The notes under the pieces were generated by a model. The model did not search any database, was not told the DNA's origin, and saw only the letters and a list, made by a program, of their open reading frames with translations. A DNA stretch of 63,935 nt, filler included, from Welwitschia mirabilis (Eukaryota), in the NCBI GenBank assembly GCA_051453625.1. It is 5 parts of one record of this genome, joined end to end, with 100 filler letters (N's around TTAATTAATTAA, not from the genome) between each part and the next. Parts side by side here need not be neighbours in the genome. Positions count along the whole stretch, not along the records: positions 32,688 to 55,932 come from JBOZIK010000001.1; positions 56,033 to 62,702 come from JBOZIK010000001.1; 3 more parts are not named here. The stretch is one strand, 5' to 3'. The position numbers and the translations under genes were made by a program. Within the stretch, counting starts at the first letter, position 1. Each line of letters starts with the position of its first letter. Positions 49,850 through 62,802 of the stretch are shown piece after piece.

Positions 49850-52800
49850 TGTCTTTTCTTGCTCAATAGATCTCTGAAGAAGCTCAATATTTGAAGGATT
49901 CATAACATTCTAATATAACGATGAGGATCTGCAAGGCTAATACGAGAAGGTTGATCATGATCAACTACATCATGTTCTGCTCCATCATTAATACACTTCA
50001 TGATCCCTGCAACTCTTTTATCAGTGTCAATTAAATCCCACATGGTGTCAAAGTCCATATTCTCATTTTTTGCGCGCATGGGGACTCTAAATTTGATTTC
50101 CATATTGTAATGAACATATACAAGTGTGTTCAATCTCTGCATGGTTAAGGTTGTTTGCTTCTTTGTTTAGATACACTCCAATGCACTCCAATTTCTCTCA
50201 CACCCAGAAGCATAGCAAGGCTAGTTGAATATTATTATTGCCAACTTTTTAAGTCCATGTGTGGAATTGCCTCATTCTTCCTACTATACATCTACAAAAA
50301 CATAGGTTATAGGAGAAAAATCTTTAACATAATGTTGTAGAAGCTTGCCAAAATTCCAAATGCTAATAAAATATAAAAAATAATATTGTTCTACATAAGG
50401 ATACTATGTTGACTTGCCTACATGCAAGAGCCTCGTCAAATAAGGGCCCTTCTCTTACAAATTGATGAAGCTACCTCATGGTGACCTCCTACTTATACAT
50501 TTCAAGAACTAGCTTCTCTAATGTGTCATGAAAGCCCAACTTGACCTTTTGACCAACCTTATATTCCTCATCCTCATGAGAAAACATCTTAAACATAATG
50601 TTGTAGAAGCTAGCTAAAATGCTAAATGCTAATAAAAACTAAAAAATCATATTGTTTTACTGATGGATACTATGTTGACTTACGTACAAGCAAGAGCCTT
50701 GTCAAATAAGGTCTCTTTTCTCACAAATTGATGATGCTGCCAAATGACGACCCCCTACTCATCCATTTCAAGAACCAACTTCTATAATGTGTCATGGAAG
50801 CCTAATTTGACCTTTGGATCAGCTTTTTATTCTACATCCTCATGCGCATAAGCAATCTGCGGCTCAAATGTTGTGCAGGTACATGTAAGGCCTATGCAAT
50901 TGGTTGTTCATCTACGATCAATGACATTCCAATATGGGTTGCACATTTCCTTGTCATTATCATAATAATTTGCAATGGCTTCCTTGGCTAGGCCCATTGC
51001 CTCATATATCTTCCACATGGGACAATTGTTTCCATCAAAAATGTGAAAAACATGGACAAGCGGCTCAACAACCTACATGAAGAACAGAAACACATGTCAC
51101 TCAAGTAGTCAACATATTGAAAAAAAGATTTAAAAATCTAAAATTAAACTATTAAACAACATAACAAACTCTAGATGTAATGATGGATCTGTGGATTGAT
51201 GAGTCACCTTCATAGACTCTATTACCTTTTGTCCTTTTCCCAAAAGTTCTTGTTATAAGTCAAGTCATTTACTTTCCTCTCCTTTGAAAAACTATGGCAT
51301 TGGATGAAGTCTTTTCCATGCACCCAAGTGTTAGAGGTAAAAGCTTGCATAATTGTTTGCTCTTCAAGCACTTAAGTGTAAGGAAGTGTATGGCAAATCA
51401 AGTGGTTGCAGAGCTAACAATTTTGTCCCTCTAGTGTGCTTCCTCCCAAGACATAATATAATGCCATGATTGTAAATAAATTTTGCAATTTGTTTTGCTT
51501 AGTTTATGTCATGCATAAGTCATTGACAATTTGTCAATTTGACAAGTTCTGAAATTTGAATTAAATACCAAAAAGCTAATTGAATGTAGTACCTTAGCAG
51601 TGCACTCCAACTTGGATAAGTCTTCTNNNNNNNNNNNNNNNNNNNNNNNNNNNNNNNNNNNNNNNNNNNNNNNNNNNNNNNNNNNNNNNNNNNNNNNNNN
51701 NNNNNNNNNNNNNNNNNNNNNNNNNNNNNNNNNNNNNNNNNNNNNNNNNNNNNNNNNNNNNNNNNNNNNNNNNNNNNNNNNNNNNNNNNNNNNNNNNNNN
51801 NNNNNNNNNATTTGATAAACATTGTTCCCTTTTTAAAGGCGATGAAGAAGCTTATGACAGTCCTCCCTTTAGAAACGATCCATCATCAGTAATAATAGAA
51901 CATCCATACCTCTCCCAAACAATCTACAAACATAGAGGGATGTCTCCTTATTGACTCCTCCCTAGCCTTCACATAGTTGGATGACTTGTCTATGATTAAT
52001 TGCACACCATTTGCAGCCCATCAAGGTTCACTACCTTCTTAAATAATGTAATTAGATAATTTGATTTCTTAACATGATTAGGGGCACCCCCAGATGTCAT
52101 AAACATTTTTCCCTTTTTAGAGGCTATGAGAAGTTTATGAGAGTCCTCCCTTTAGAAATGTTCCATCATCAATCATAATGGAGCATCAATACCTCTCCCA
52201 AACAATCTACAAAATTCAGTGATTCGTAATTTCATATAAATATTTAATAAAATTGACAAATCAAGAAACTTTAAAAGAATTCATAAAAGAGTAATATACA
52301 ACTCAAGACACTCTCTTATCATATGCTCCACGAGAAATTTATTAATATCCCATGCACAGTTATCAACAAGTGGTCCTCATCGTTGGTGATATGTAGGTGC
52401 TTTCAATCCTCTACCTACTATGAGGATTGCATCAAACATTTTGTGAAGCAAAGGGCTATTTGTAGCATTGAACAGAATTGCACATTTTGTGGTTCTTGCT
52501 TGCTTCACCTCTGGTCCTTCTTTCACTGCTTGCCACCAAGTTTGACATTTTCGTTTGACGTCTATGTGTGCTTTTGGACATGCTGAAATACCCTTTAATT
52601 TAATTCGACCTAAGTAGAATTTTGGGCATGAAACTCCACTATGACAACCTTTTTAAAAAACAAAACACCCATTGTATGCAGTATGTAGCGTCTTTAATTG
52701 CTGACTTATGTTTCTCCAGATGATCAAGTTCTGATGAGTTTGCACAGCTGGAAGTAAATTCATAGACGGCTCTGAGCTGTGCAGATCTAGCACCTGCCAG

Positions 52801-53000
52801 CTGATCAAATGTTGAAGTATTATACAGCTGGGAATACAACCTGCCGCAGTTCAAGAAGCCACTTATTTTGCTGTGCTTCCCTCAAGATTTGCTCCTTATG
52901 TTTTATCACATGTTTCTCCTGTTGGAATATGCTCACATAGCACTTGAATGCTTTTTTCAGAGAGATTTTGATCTCTCAAACGATTCTGTAAGAGTTTGAT
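49850..53000 (-). pseudogene. hAT transposase relic 3
   Basis: ERNWSALECI...RLNTLVYVHYNM, VEPLVHVFHIFDG...IYEAM, ATT*FAIHFLTL, DGWIVSKGRTVISF and GCSIMID. Confidence 0.85.
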
Positions 53001-55618
53001 TCACTTTGTTCGTATAGTAATGAAATTTTACAATTTCATTCAAAAAAAAACACCAATTGTATTTTGTGTTTGATCCAAGAGATGCCCATCTTCATCCAAA
53101 ATCTTTTTTCCCATCCCTCTTCTGCCATTTTGAATCCAAGCTTTGAACTTGAAAGTCAAAACTGCAAAAAAAACCTGTAAAGCATTTAAGAAATCAATTA
53201 AAATGAAAACCACGAATTAGATCAAAGGAAAAACCTAAAGAATTTAGGAATACCTTAAATAAAACTCATTGACAAATCTTGAACAAAAAAGGTTTGCTCT
53301 CCATGCCACTTAAAAAATAATGTGAGCAAAAGTTACTTAAAAATCTTTTATTGAAAAATTGTTAATGTGATCAGAAGTTGCTATAGCTTGCAATGATATA
53401 TTGTGAAAATGTTGAAATGGAAATTCTTTAATGCAAAGATTTGAAAACCACCAGCTTTGTTTCTTGTTGCTCATAAACTTGATGTTTTCTGAAGGAGAAT
53501 GTTGGTTCCTATGAAAAAACCTTGTTGTAGAAGTGATTTGAAATGCCTTTATCTTCAACAAAAATCCAATTTTAATTAGTTCCACTTGAATCTTCAAGTG
53601 CTGCTATTTACTTTTGTCGGAAATATGAGAATAGTTAAAAAAATCATTTTTATGTTGTTCCTAGTCACTTTTTGCGTAGGCAATTTACAGCTGTTCAGAT
53701 TCTTCTAGATTGCTTTCAATTGTGATCTGGAATTGATGGCACTACCAAGTATCTTCTTAAGCATGCATTTCATACCATTAACAGTCTAAGTATCGTAATA
53801 AGTGAACATAATGGGTGAGAAAGCACAAGAAAGCTTGGGAGAGTATAAATGCAGTCAGCTTTTACAAGAATTAAAAGACCAAATTATAAGAACAACTATG
53901 CATCTAAACTAAACAATTCAATTTACTTAATAATTCTTTTTGGCTGTCACCCAATTAGTCCCCAAGTACGAATCCTATAAACATAGGAATACAAACAACA
54001 TAAATATAATGTGTAATACAATTCATAATTTGAGAAACGTAAGATGGAATCTGATTAAGTCTATGTGTTAAATAATTACATGACTTACATTGAGGGCTTG
54101 GACACAAAGGGTTTCATCCCAACTAACTAAATGAGGCAAGGGACATGTTTACAAGGCTCTCTCAATTGTCTCCTTAGTAGTTCTGTCCCATTATCCAAGC
54201 AAGCAAGAAGATGTTTTGGAATGACAAGCGCCTTGCATAAACAACTTATGATTTCTGTGGAGGTTAAAAGAGAGTTTAATCAAGTGGTTATGTAATTGTA
54301 CCATTGCTACTTGCTTCGCCAAGCGACAACAGGTGGCGATAGTTCTAGTGAACTATAGGAAGAAGATATCACTAGATGGCATCGCCACAGAGCATCACTA
54401 GGTGACTCCAAGTAGTGACAAAATAGGGAAAACGTAGGGTTGCTACTTCGTTGACTCTAGTCAAACCGGGTCAAGTTGTTAAGTGTAGCTTAAACTTGTT
54501 CAAATCGCTGTCAAACTACCAAAGTCACCAATCATCACGTAAAATTAGAACTAATCCACCGTTTACGGGAAACAAAAAATCTCGTAAACAACAGTTATAG
54601 GAGGAGGTATCATTACACAGGATTCAGACGATGAGAAGTGGTGACAAGTTCAGTCTTTAATAGATGAAAAAGTCACTACTTTTGTTGCTTGGCAACAAGA
54701 AGTTCTGACAGTTGTGACTTTGACGAGTATACTTGCCTTTTTTTTTTCACATTTTTGGGTTCACTTTGGGCTTCCTTTTGCAAGCTCCTGAGTAGGCTTC
54801 TAACCTAATCGCACTTATGATTTACACCATTAGTGCCTTTCAAAGGCCTTGATTTGTGTCCATTAGGAGTAGATTGTGATTTCGACTGCACGGAGAGCAA
54901 TTTTCAAAAAAGTGCAATCCAAGAACAATCTAGTGTGCTTTTCTCTAGAGCGAGATCCAAACTGTCCCAGGTCATGTTCTCAATCCAAAATTCATATCTA
55001 TGCTTTGTAATTCTTTATCTACTTCTATGATGTTCTAGTGTTTATGAGACTAGTATCGTTGACTAGGTGCTTTAACAATTGGAGGATGCTTACAAGCCCA
55101 TTTGCTTTTTTGGGTTACAAACCTCTAATCATTCTCTTATTTGTGAGGGCATAACAGTTCACACCTAGTTTCACATAAGCCCTTTGCTTATAAATACTTG
55201 GATTCCTGCGTATCTCTATTCCATTTCCTTTTGATTGTTTGTTCTTAATACCATTGGACGGCTAGGTAAATTTGAATATGATGTCAATAGAATTGCTGGT
55301 ATCTTGTGGGTAAAGACTTTTGCAGTTACATCCCCTTTAATGCCTAGTGTTTGTGAGGTTCAAATATTTTCAGCATTGGATGTTGCTTAATAGGTTGGAC
55401 TCAAGGCATTATCTCCTTGCATGATTGCTTGTGTCTACACATAACCTTGGCATGTGTTGTGGAACGCTTATGCTGTAGTCTTTTTGCCTTTTAACCTGAC
55501 CTTTGGATCTCTATAATTCTCAGCTGATTTAGTGGAGATCAGAATTATGAGTGAAGTTCCATATTGATAAAAGGTATGTGTAGATGGCTTCATTGAACCA
55601 GTCTACATCATCACCTAC

Positions 55619-55932
55619 TGACAAGTAGGACCAGGTAGAGGAGTGAATTCTGTGAAGTTTGTAACTACACTAAAGATTGATGAATTCTTGAAACTCAAAA
55701 CAATGGAGAGAACTCATCAAACCTAACACAAAGTTTTCAAGATTGAAGTAGAGTATTAGCACAAAACCCGTGCATAAGAACTAGCACACAAAACCAATGC
55801 ACAGATACAATTTCACCCAGTTCTATTTGTAACCAATCTTAAACCATTTGTAAAGAAGTTGAGAGCTCCATTTTAAATTTGTAGCATGCCATTGTCGGTC
55901 ACAATTTTAGTTACAAGATTGCCCTTGTAATA
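55619..55932 (-). mobile_element. LTR end fragment, possibly Sirevirus/Maximus-like
   Basis: TG start followed by tagaggagtgaat, resembling the complement of the conserved U5 ATTCACCCCCCTCTA motif. Shares sequence with 24539-24590 and runs into a gap. Confidence 0.4.
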
Positions 55933-56599
55933 NNNNNNNNNNNNNNNNNNNNNNNNNNNNNNNNNNNNNNNNNNNNTTAATTAATTAANNNNNNNNNNNN
56001 NNNNNNNNNNNNNNNNNNNNNNNNNNNNNNNNTTAATTTTCCCTAACATCATGGCTTTGTTACATTTTAATTGATACCAACATATTAAAATGTTGGCATT
56101 ACCTATGCCGAATTTATCCAACATAAAATGTTGGCATTACCTATACTTAAATATCCCAACATTCATTAAGTTTAAAAGATGAGTCCATCTTTTTCAATAG
56201 ATTATGGTTTCTTTCTGTTGGTATCTAGTCAAGATGGCATCAACAATGCTTGTTTGAACTAGCCTTTGTTCTAGTTTCAATCATTTCTTACCAAACATGG
56301 GAGGGTTTATCAAAGAAAGCAATATGCAAAAGCAAGTCATGAGTTCAACCTAAGCTCCAAATCCTTCAAGTTGCTATTGCAGGTTTATAGAGATCCACAT
56401 TTCACGTTGATCCAAGAATACTAATCTGGTAAACGTTAGGCCTTCCTTCTTTGAACCTTTTTGGTATCTTCCTATGCAAACAATCACTAGCACATGAGAT
56501 TCAAACCTGTGGGCTTCAAGACCATTTGTTAAAAACAACAAACCAACTAAGGGTAAAACAAGAAAAGCCATGAGACATGCATATTTATATAGTAAAGAC

Positions 56600-59500
56600 T
56601 TTCAAGAGCATCAAGAAATATTCATAAAATAAGGTAGAAATTCATTTAGCAGGCATGCAAATAAACTTTATTGTACTAAAATATGCAAGGATCATGTCAT
56701 CTTATGTTTTGACTTTTAATGACAAAATGTTAAAAGATTACTCTAGGTTGGCCTTTCTATAGGCTAATGAAGCTGAAACTAAATTTTTTTTCATTACATC
56801 CATGAAAGAGCCTAAGGATCTATTATAAAGAAGAAATGTATAGGGCATAAATGGAAAAATTTTCATTTATAAACTTAACAAGACTTTTGGGTAAAACTTA
56901 AACAAATTGAATTAAAACCATCTACTTGTTTCAATCCAAAAAAAGGAGATCCCATTCTTGCCCAAATCACTTGAATTTATAGATCAAGAGAAATAGCAGG
57001 GAATACTCATTAAATAAAATTACTTCTTTCCTTCTGTGTTTTTCAAAAAATTTTTGAGTATTTTTAGTTCATAGTTCATTGAGATTGTCTATGGTTAATG
57101 AAAAATTTGTTCTTAAATGTTCCTTTTTTAAAATCTAACTATTTTTCTGATAAATTAAACTTTTTTTTGAGTCATGTGGAATACCCTATTAGAAAGTTTG
57201 TGAACAATTGAATGCAAGAAATTATGAGCATATGTTACAAACTAACAAATGACTTCTAATTTCACAGGCATCAATTCAACTTCAAAAAGCATAATGTCAT
57301 ATTAAGTTTGGCATTTTACCTTAAGGTCCTTAGATAAGAAATGTTGAACTTCCTCAATTTTCTTATAGTATTTATTTGCTAATTTGGGACCTGAAAGAAC
57401 ATAGCCATACAAACCTAGTGGCTGAATAATAATGTGAGAAGGTTATCTATGAACATTCTAACCCAATATTGCCTCTTTTATATATTTGTTTTTCAAGCAA
57501 AATAATACTTTTATACCTCTAATGTCCCTTTTAGGGATGCACTTGTCCCATCTACACTTATTAGAACATTCCAAGTCTAACCCTTTATAGGAGGGATAAT
57601 TTGAACCTATTGATTTCCTATTTGATACAAAGAGACTTAATTCCCATTTGAAATTTGTAATGAACACTACATTAGTTATTCAAAAGCTATATCACATTTC
57701 AACAAGGGAGCCATAATAACCAAATAGCAGTTGATTTGTCAATTGATTTTAAAAAAGCAAAACAATATTAAGAGAGATGCTTACAAAGAATTATGTTACT
57801 GGTTGAAACTGATCATTTAGTTTCATCAATAAAAATAAAATTAGAATATTCTTTTAACACCACATTTCAAGGGTGTCAATTCCTAAAAGGTTATTACAAC
57901 CCTTTTGTTCTAACTAAATATTTTTAGTGTGGCAGAGGAAGAAGGTTCTTTGTGTCTAATGTTATTTTCCTTCTTTTTATCTCTTCCAATCTTAGCATCA
58001 TAATCTTTTATTACATTTGTTTTTCCAATTTGTCTTTACACGACAAATCGTCAAAGAGATATTGATAATTCTTTTTGGGGTTTCTTTTCTTTTTGAAGAT
58101 CCTTTGTTTGATTGTCATTGATATTAAGTAGGTAAGGACGGAACATAAAAATATAGATAAGTCAATAGGAGAATTTACAAGGATCTATTATTGTTAAAGC
58201 AATTGAATCATTGTCTTTCTCTATAATTTCTAGTTTCACGTTAATTCATTTGAAAGTATCTTCAATTGTCTCTTTTATTTAAATGTCCAAAGGTATTTGA
58301 TCTTTATTCTGTTTAGTAACTAATTTATTCTTTTTCTTGTCAACATTCTTCTACAAGTGGTTTAAATAATTTAAAAAGGACATTTTTCAAATAGTTTAGG
58401 ATAAATTAGTTATTAAAGATAATGAACATTTAATATTTTTGGACCTTTACATAGAAGAAATCACTTAAGAGATTTTCAAACAAATTATAGAAAGAGGACT
58501 AAAAAAACATAGAGAAGATAATGATCTAGTTCCTCTAGAAATACTGTATCCTTGCAAAGTTCTCATACTGACTTAATTGTACTTTAGTGCCTTTACCCTT
58601 ATTAAATATTATCGACAAGCAAATATAGGATCTTCAAAGAAAAAATAAAAACCAAGAAAGGACTATTGATATCTTTCTAAAAGTTTCTTTACAAGGACAC
58701 AATTGAATTAAGAAATGCAAGAAAAAATGATGGTGCTATGATTGGAAGAAATAAAGAAGAGGAAAACAACATCGACATGGAGGGAATCTTCACTTGGTGT
58801 CATAATGAAAATACTTAGTTAGAATGTAAGGGGTTGTACTAACCCTCAAGAATTGACCTCCTTAGAATATGGTGTCAAAAAAGCAATCCTGATTTTGTTT
58901 TCACTTGTGAAGCTAAATGCTCTACTTTAACTAGTGACATAATTCTTCATAACCACTTCTCTCAATATTCTTTACTTTTTAAGAATCAATGGACAAATTA
59001 GGTGTTATTTGGTTATTATGGCTTCTTTAGTGGAACACAACAAAATTTTGGAATCGGTTTAATATTGTTTATAGCTTTGAAATAGAAAATGTTTCATTAA
59101 TTTTAGTTAGTTTTTATTGTCCACCATCTGTGGGGAAATGAAATATTTTTGGAACTTCTTGTATGAAAATATTTCAAGATTTTTTGATCCTATTTTAATT
59201 GGTAGTGATTTCAATGATACTCTTCATGCACATCAAAAAAAAGACAGGAAAAAATTTGAAACTCTCTATTTTATATAAAAGAGGAAATTTTTTAAAAAGG
59301 TATAGATCACTATGGTTTGATGAAATTTCCAATGAAAATTTCTACTTATACTTGGAGTAATAGAAATCTATTTTGAATTTAAGTTTTAAAAACTTGAATA
59401 GATTCCTTGAGAATGTTTTTTGGCTTTTGGCTTTTAGTCAAACTATTACTTGTATTAGTTTAGATCATTGGCTAACTCCTCTTTGAACTCAAATTAATCA

Positions 59501-62500
59501 AAATAAGTGTTAATTTATTAGATGGATGATAATTCATTTTAATTTTCTAATTGAACCAAAAAAAAAGGTCAATTATGGTGGAAGATCGAAGTAAGGATTC
59601 AAAGTCATACTAGTTACAACAAAAGTTAATTAATGTCAAAGTAACATAAAATCCTAATATAACTCTATTACTTTAAATTGAAAAGAATTAAAAGAAATGA
59701 TTTAGTTGATCAAACTCAGTAGCTACTAGAAGAGATTCAGCAAGAAGGGTGGATATATGGTGTAGATAATAATGAAAGAAAATTGCTTTGGGATCTTTAT
59801 TTTTTACAAGAATGAAGTGCTTAATAATTTCAAAGGGAAAAAAATCAATGGATCAAAAAAGCGGATCAAAACTCTAAATTTTTTTTACTGTATGTTACAA
59901 AAGCTTTAACAACTCTAGTCGAATTCCTTATCTTAAAGATGAAGAAAATCAACTTGCTTATGATACTGATAATATGGGGAAATTTGCTATATAATATTGG
60001 AAAAATTTGTTAGCAAATCCCAAACAAGTGAATATGGACAACATTAATAAAGTTATTTCTCTCATAAATAGATATTTGGGAGATATCAAATTGCAATTTC
60101 TTAAAAACCATTCTACTATGGATGAGATTAAAAAGGCTTAATCGAAAAGGAAGTCTGATAAGTCTCCAGGTACAAATGGTTTCTTGTTGACTTACAGATG
60201 ATATTTGAGCTTTGTTTTTAGAGTTTTTTAATTAGGGATAAATTCTAAAGGCTTTTTCTTGTATTTGGATAACTTTAATTCCAAAGAACATAGATGTTGA
60301 TAATATATTAGATTTTAGGCTAGTGAGATTGTGTAATGTTATTTATAAAATAATCTCAAAAGTTCTTGTAGGAAGATTAAAAGTTTTTCTTCTAGTTTTA
60401 ATTTTATATTTACAAGAAGGATTTGTAACGAAAAGACATAATTTACATAAGTAAGTTTGGTTTAAAGATCTTCCATTGTGCTAAGAAATAGAAAGGGAAA
60501 AAACTCCATTGTGTTATTCAAATTGGATATAACTAAAGCATACAATAAAGTGAATTGGTAGTTTTTTGAAATGGTAATTAAANNNNNNNNNNNNNNNNNN
60601 NNNNNNNNNNNNNNNNNNNNNNNNNNNNNNNNNNNNNNNNNNNNNNNNNNNNNNNNNNNNNNNNNNNNNNNNNNNNNNNNNNNNNNNNNNNNNNNNNNNN
60701 NNNNNNNNNNNNNNNNNNNNNNNNNNNNNNNNNNNNNNNNNNNNNNNNNNNNNNNNNNNNNNNNNNNNNNNNNNNNNNNNNNNNNNNNNNNNNNNNNNNN
60801 NNNNNNNNNNNNNNNNNNNNNNNNNNNNNNNNNNNNNNNNNNNNNNNNNNNNNNNNNNNNNNNNNNNNNNNNNNNNNNNNNNNNNNNNNNNNNNNNNNNN
60901 NNNNNNNNNNNNNNNNNNNNNNNNNNNNNNNNNNNNNNNNNNNNNNNNNNNNNNNNNNNNNNNNNNNNNNNNNNNNNNNNNNNNNNNNNNNNNNNNNNNN
61001 NNNNNNNNNNNNNNNNNNNNNNNNNNNNNNNNNNNNNNNNNNNNNNNNNNNNNNNNNNNNNNNNNNNNNNNNNNNNNNNNNNNNNNNNNNNNNNNNNNNN
61101 NNNNNNNNNNNNNNNNNNNNNNNNNNNNNNNNNNNNNNNNNNNNNNNNNNNNNNNNNNNNNNNNNNNNNNNNNNNNNNNNNNNNNNNNNNNNNNNNNNNN
61201 NNNNNNNNNNNNNNNNNNNNNNNCAATAAAGTGAATTGGTAGTTTCTTGAAATGGTAATTAAAAAAATTGTTTTTTCTAAATGATGGCAAGAATTACTAA
61301 AAGCTCACTATATCTCTTCATATCTGTTTATTATATTGAATGGTGATTTGTGTTGCTATTTTTATTGTAAAAATGGCATCAACGAGGAGATATCTTGTTG
61401 CCCCTTTCTGCACTTTCTGTTGCCAAAGTTTTAGGAGTAATTATTGGTAAGGCTGAAAGAGATAACTCTTTGATAGAAAAGGAAGTTGTGAAAGGTTTTC
61501 TAATTTAACTCATGTTCAATATGTGAATGATACTTTAATATTTTATATGATGGAAAAAAAGAATATATGTGGTTGATACTTTTATATTTTTATAAGAGAA
61601 ATAAAGAATTTTTAAAATATTTGAGATATTTTAAAAATATTTTCTAAAACTACTAGTTTAAGTATTAATCTTAAGAAAAGCATAGCATGTAACTTTAACA
61701 TGAATAAGAGACAAATTTAGAAAATGCAAGGAATTCTATATTATGTAAGTAAAAATTTTCTTGGAAAATATTTAAATATTACTCTACAGAAAGAGTGAAG
61801 AAAGAACATGGAACAATGATCTTAATACAATGGAAAAAACATTAACATGATGGAAAGTAAATTTCTTTCTCTAGCACAAAGAGCTCAACTTATCTAAAGT
61901 TTTCTTCAATTCTTACCAATTTATTTAATGTTTTATTTTTGGACTTCAAAAGAACTTGTCAAGTGCATGAAAAAGTTAGAAAGAGATTTTTTTGTGCAAA
62001 AGCACTAATGGTAAGAATTGTCTTCATTTAAGAAATTGGGATTTTGTGTGTAATCATAGAATTAAAGTGGTTTTGGTTTATAAAAAATGCATGAGTTAAA
62101 TCTTTCCCTTTTAGCTAAAGTATTTTGATAGTTACATATAGAGAAAGGAAAATCGATTTGAGTATCATATGCTAAATATCTAATCATGCTAAATTTTTCT
62201 TTAGAGTTCACATGATTGAAGGCTTTGCTGTTTTGAAGAGTTTGCAACTATTAAGAGATTGATTAGAGAATTACATGCATTCAAATATTTAGGGAAACTG
62301 GAAATGAGAAAGTAAAGATAACTTCAAATCTTCATAAACTTATAACACTCTTGAAAGTTATCGTCAAGACAGAAAAGCAATGAGATGAGAAAAATTGAAA
62401 TTATCCCAAAGCTACAATTCATTTTTTTTCTTTACAATGATTGAATAATTATCTTTCTAGAGAATATTCATAAATGTAGTTAACCAATTACAAACCACTA

Positions 62501-62702
62501 CTTCTTTTACAAAAATAAGAAGGATCTTCTATACAATGGTTTTCTTCATTTTATGTGGATAAGTGAAGTGTAGGATTTTGTTTTTTAATAATAAAGTAGT
62601 GTATAGTTCTCCAAATGATTTTGAATACACAGCTAATAATGGCATTGACATATATGCAAATGAGAGGTGAATACTGCTTTTTGCCATTTTCATCCTCAAG
62701 TA
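56600..62702 (+). mobile_element. Degenerate near full-length L1-clade LINE
   Basis: Endonuclease start MKILS*NVRG at 58805 and ILIGSDFN. RT motifs KSPGTNGF, DFRLVRLCNVIYKIISKVLVGRLK, KLDITKAYNKVNW and THVQYVNDTLIF. A weak ORF1-like relic lies at 56.7-57.2 kb. Confidence 0.88.
57660..59100. repeat. Large inverted repeat (arms ~57660-58335 and ~58395-59100)
   Basis: gagccataataaccaaatagc (57708-57728) mirrors gttatttggttattatggcttc (~59004-59025). taactaatttatt (58317) mirrors ataaattagtta (58401). The centre is constant at ~58365. Confidence 0.88.
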
Positions 62703-62802
62703 NNNNNNNNNNNNNNNNNNNNNNNNNNNNNNNNNNNNNNNNNNNNTTAATTAATTAANNNNNNNNNNNNNNNNNNNNNNNNNNNNNNNNNNNNNNNNNN
62801 NN

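Noticed and set aside
50870..50890. gcag|GTACATG, resembling the start of the next TWD40-2 exon (R-Y-M)
   Set aside because: It is followed immediately by TAA and is the antisense of the hAT LHVPAQHL motif.
53900..55610. LTR-like region ending ...tacatca
   Set aside because: No partner LTR, PBS/PPT or TSD could be fixed, so it was left unannotated.
56490..56525. Box-B-like ggtttgaatctc on the minus strand (tRNA or SINE?)
   Set aside because: No box A, cloverleaf, tail or TSD is visible.
1023..61290. Long ORFs of 150-340 aa in the ORF track
   Set aside because: Almost all are runs of X translated through N gaps.
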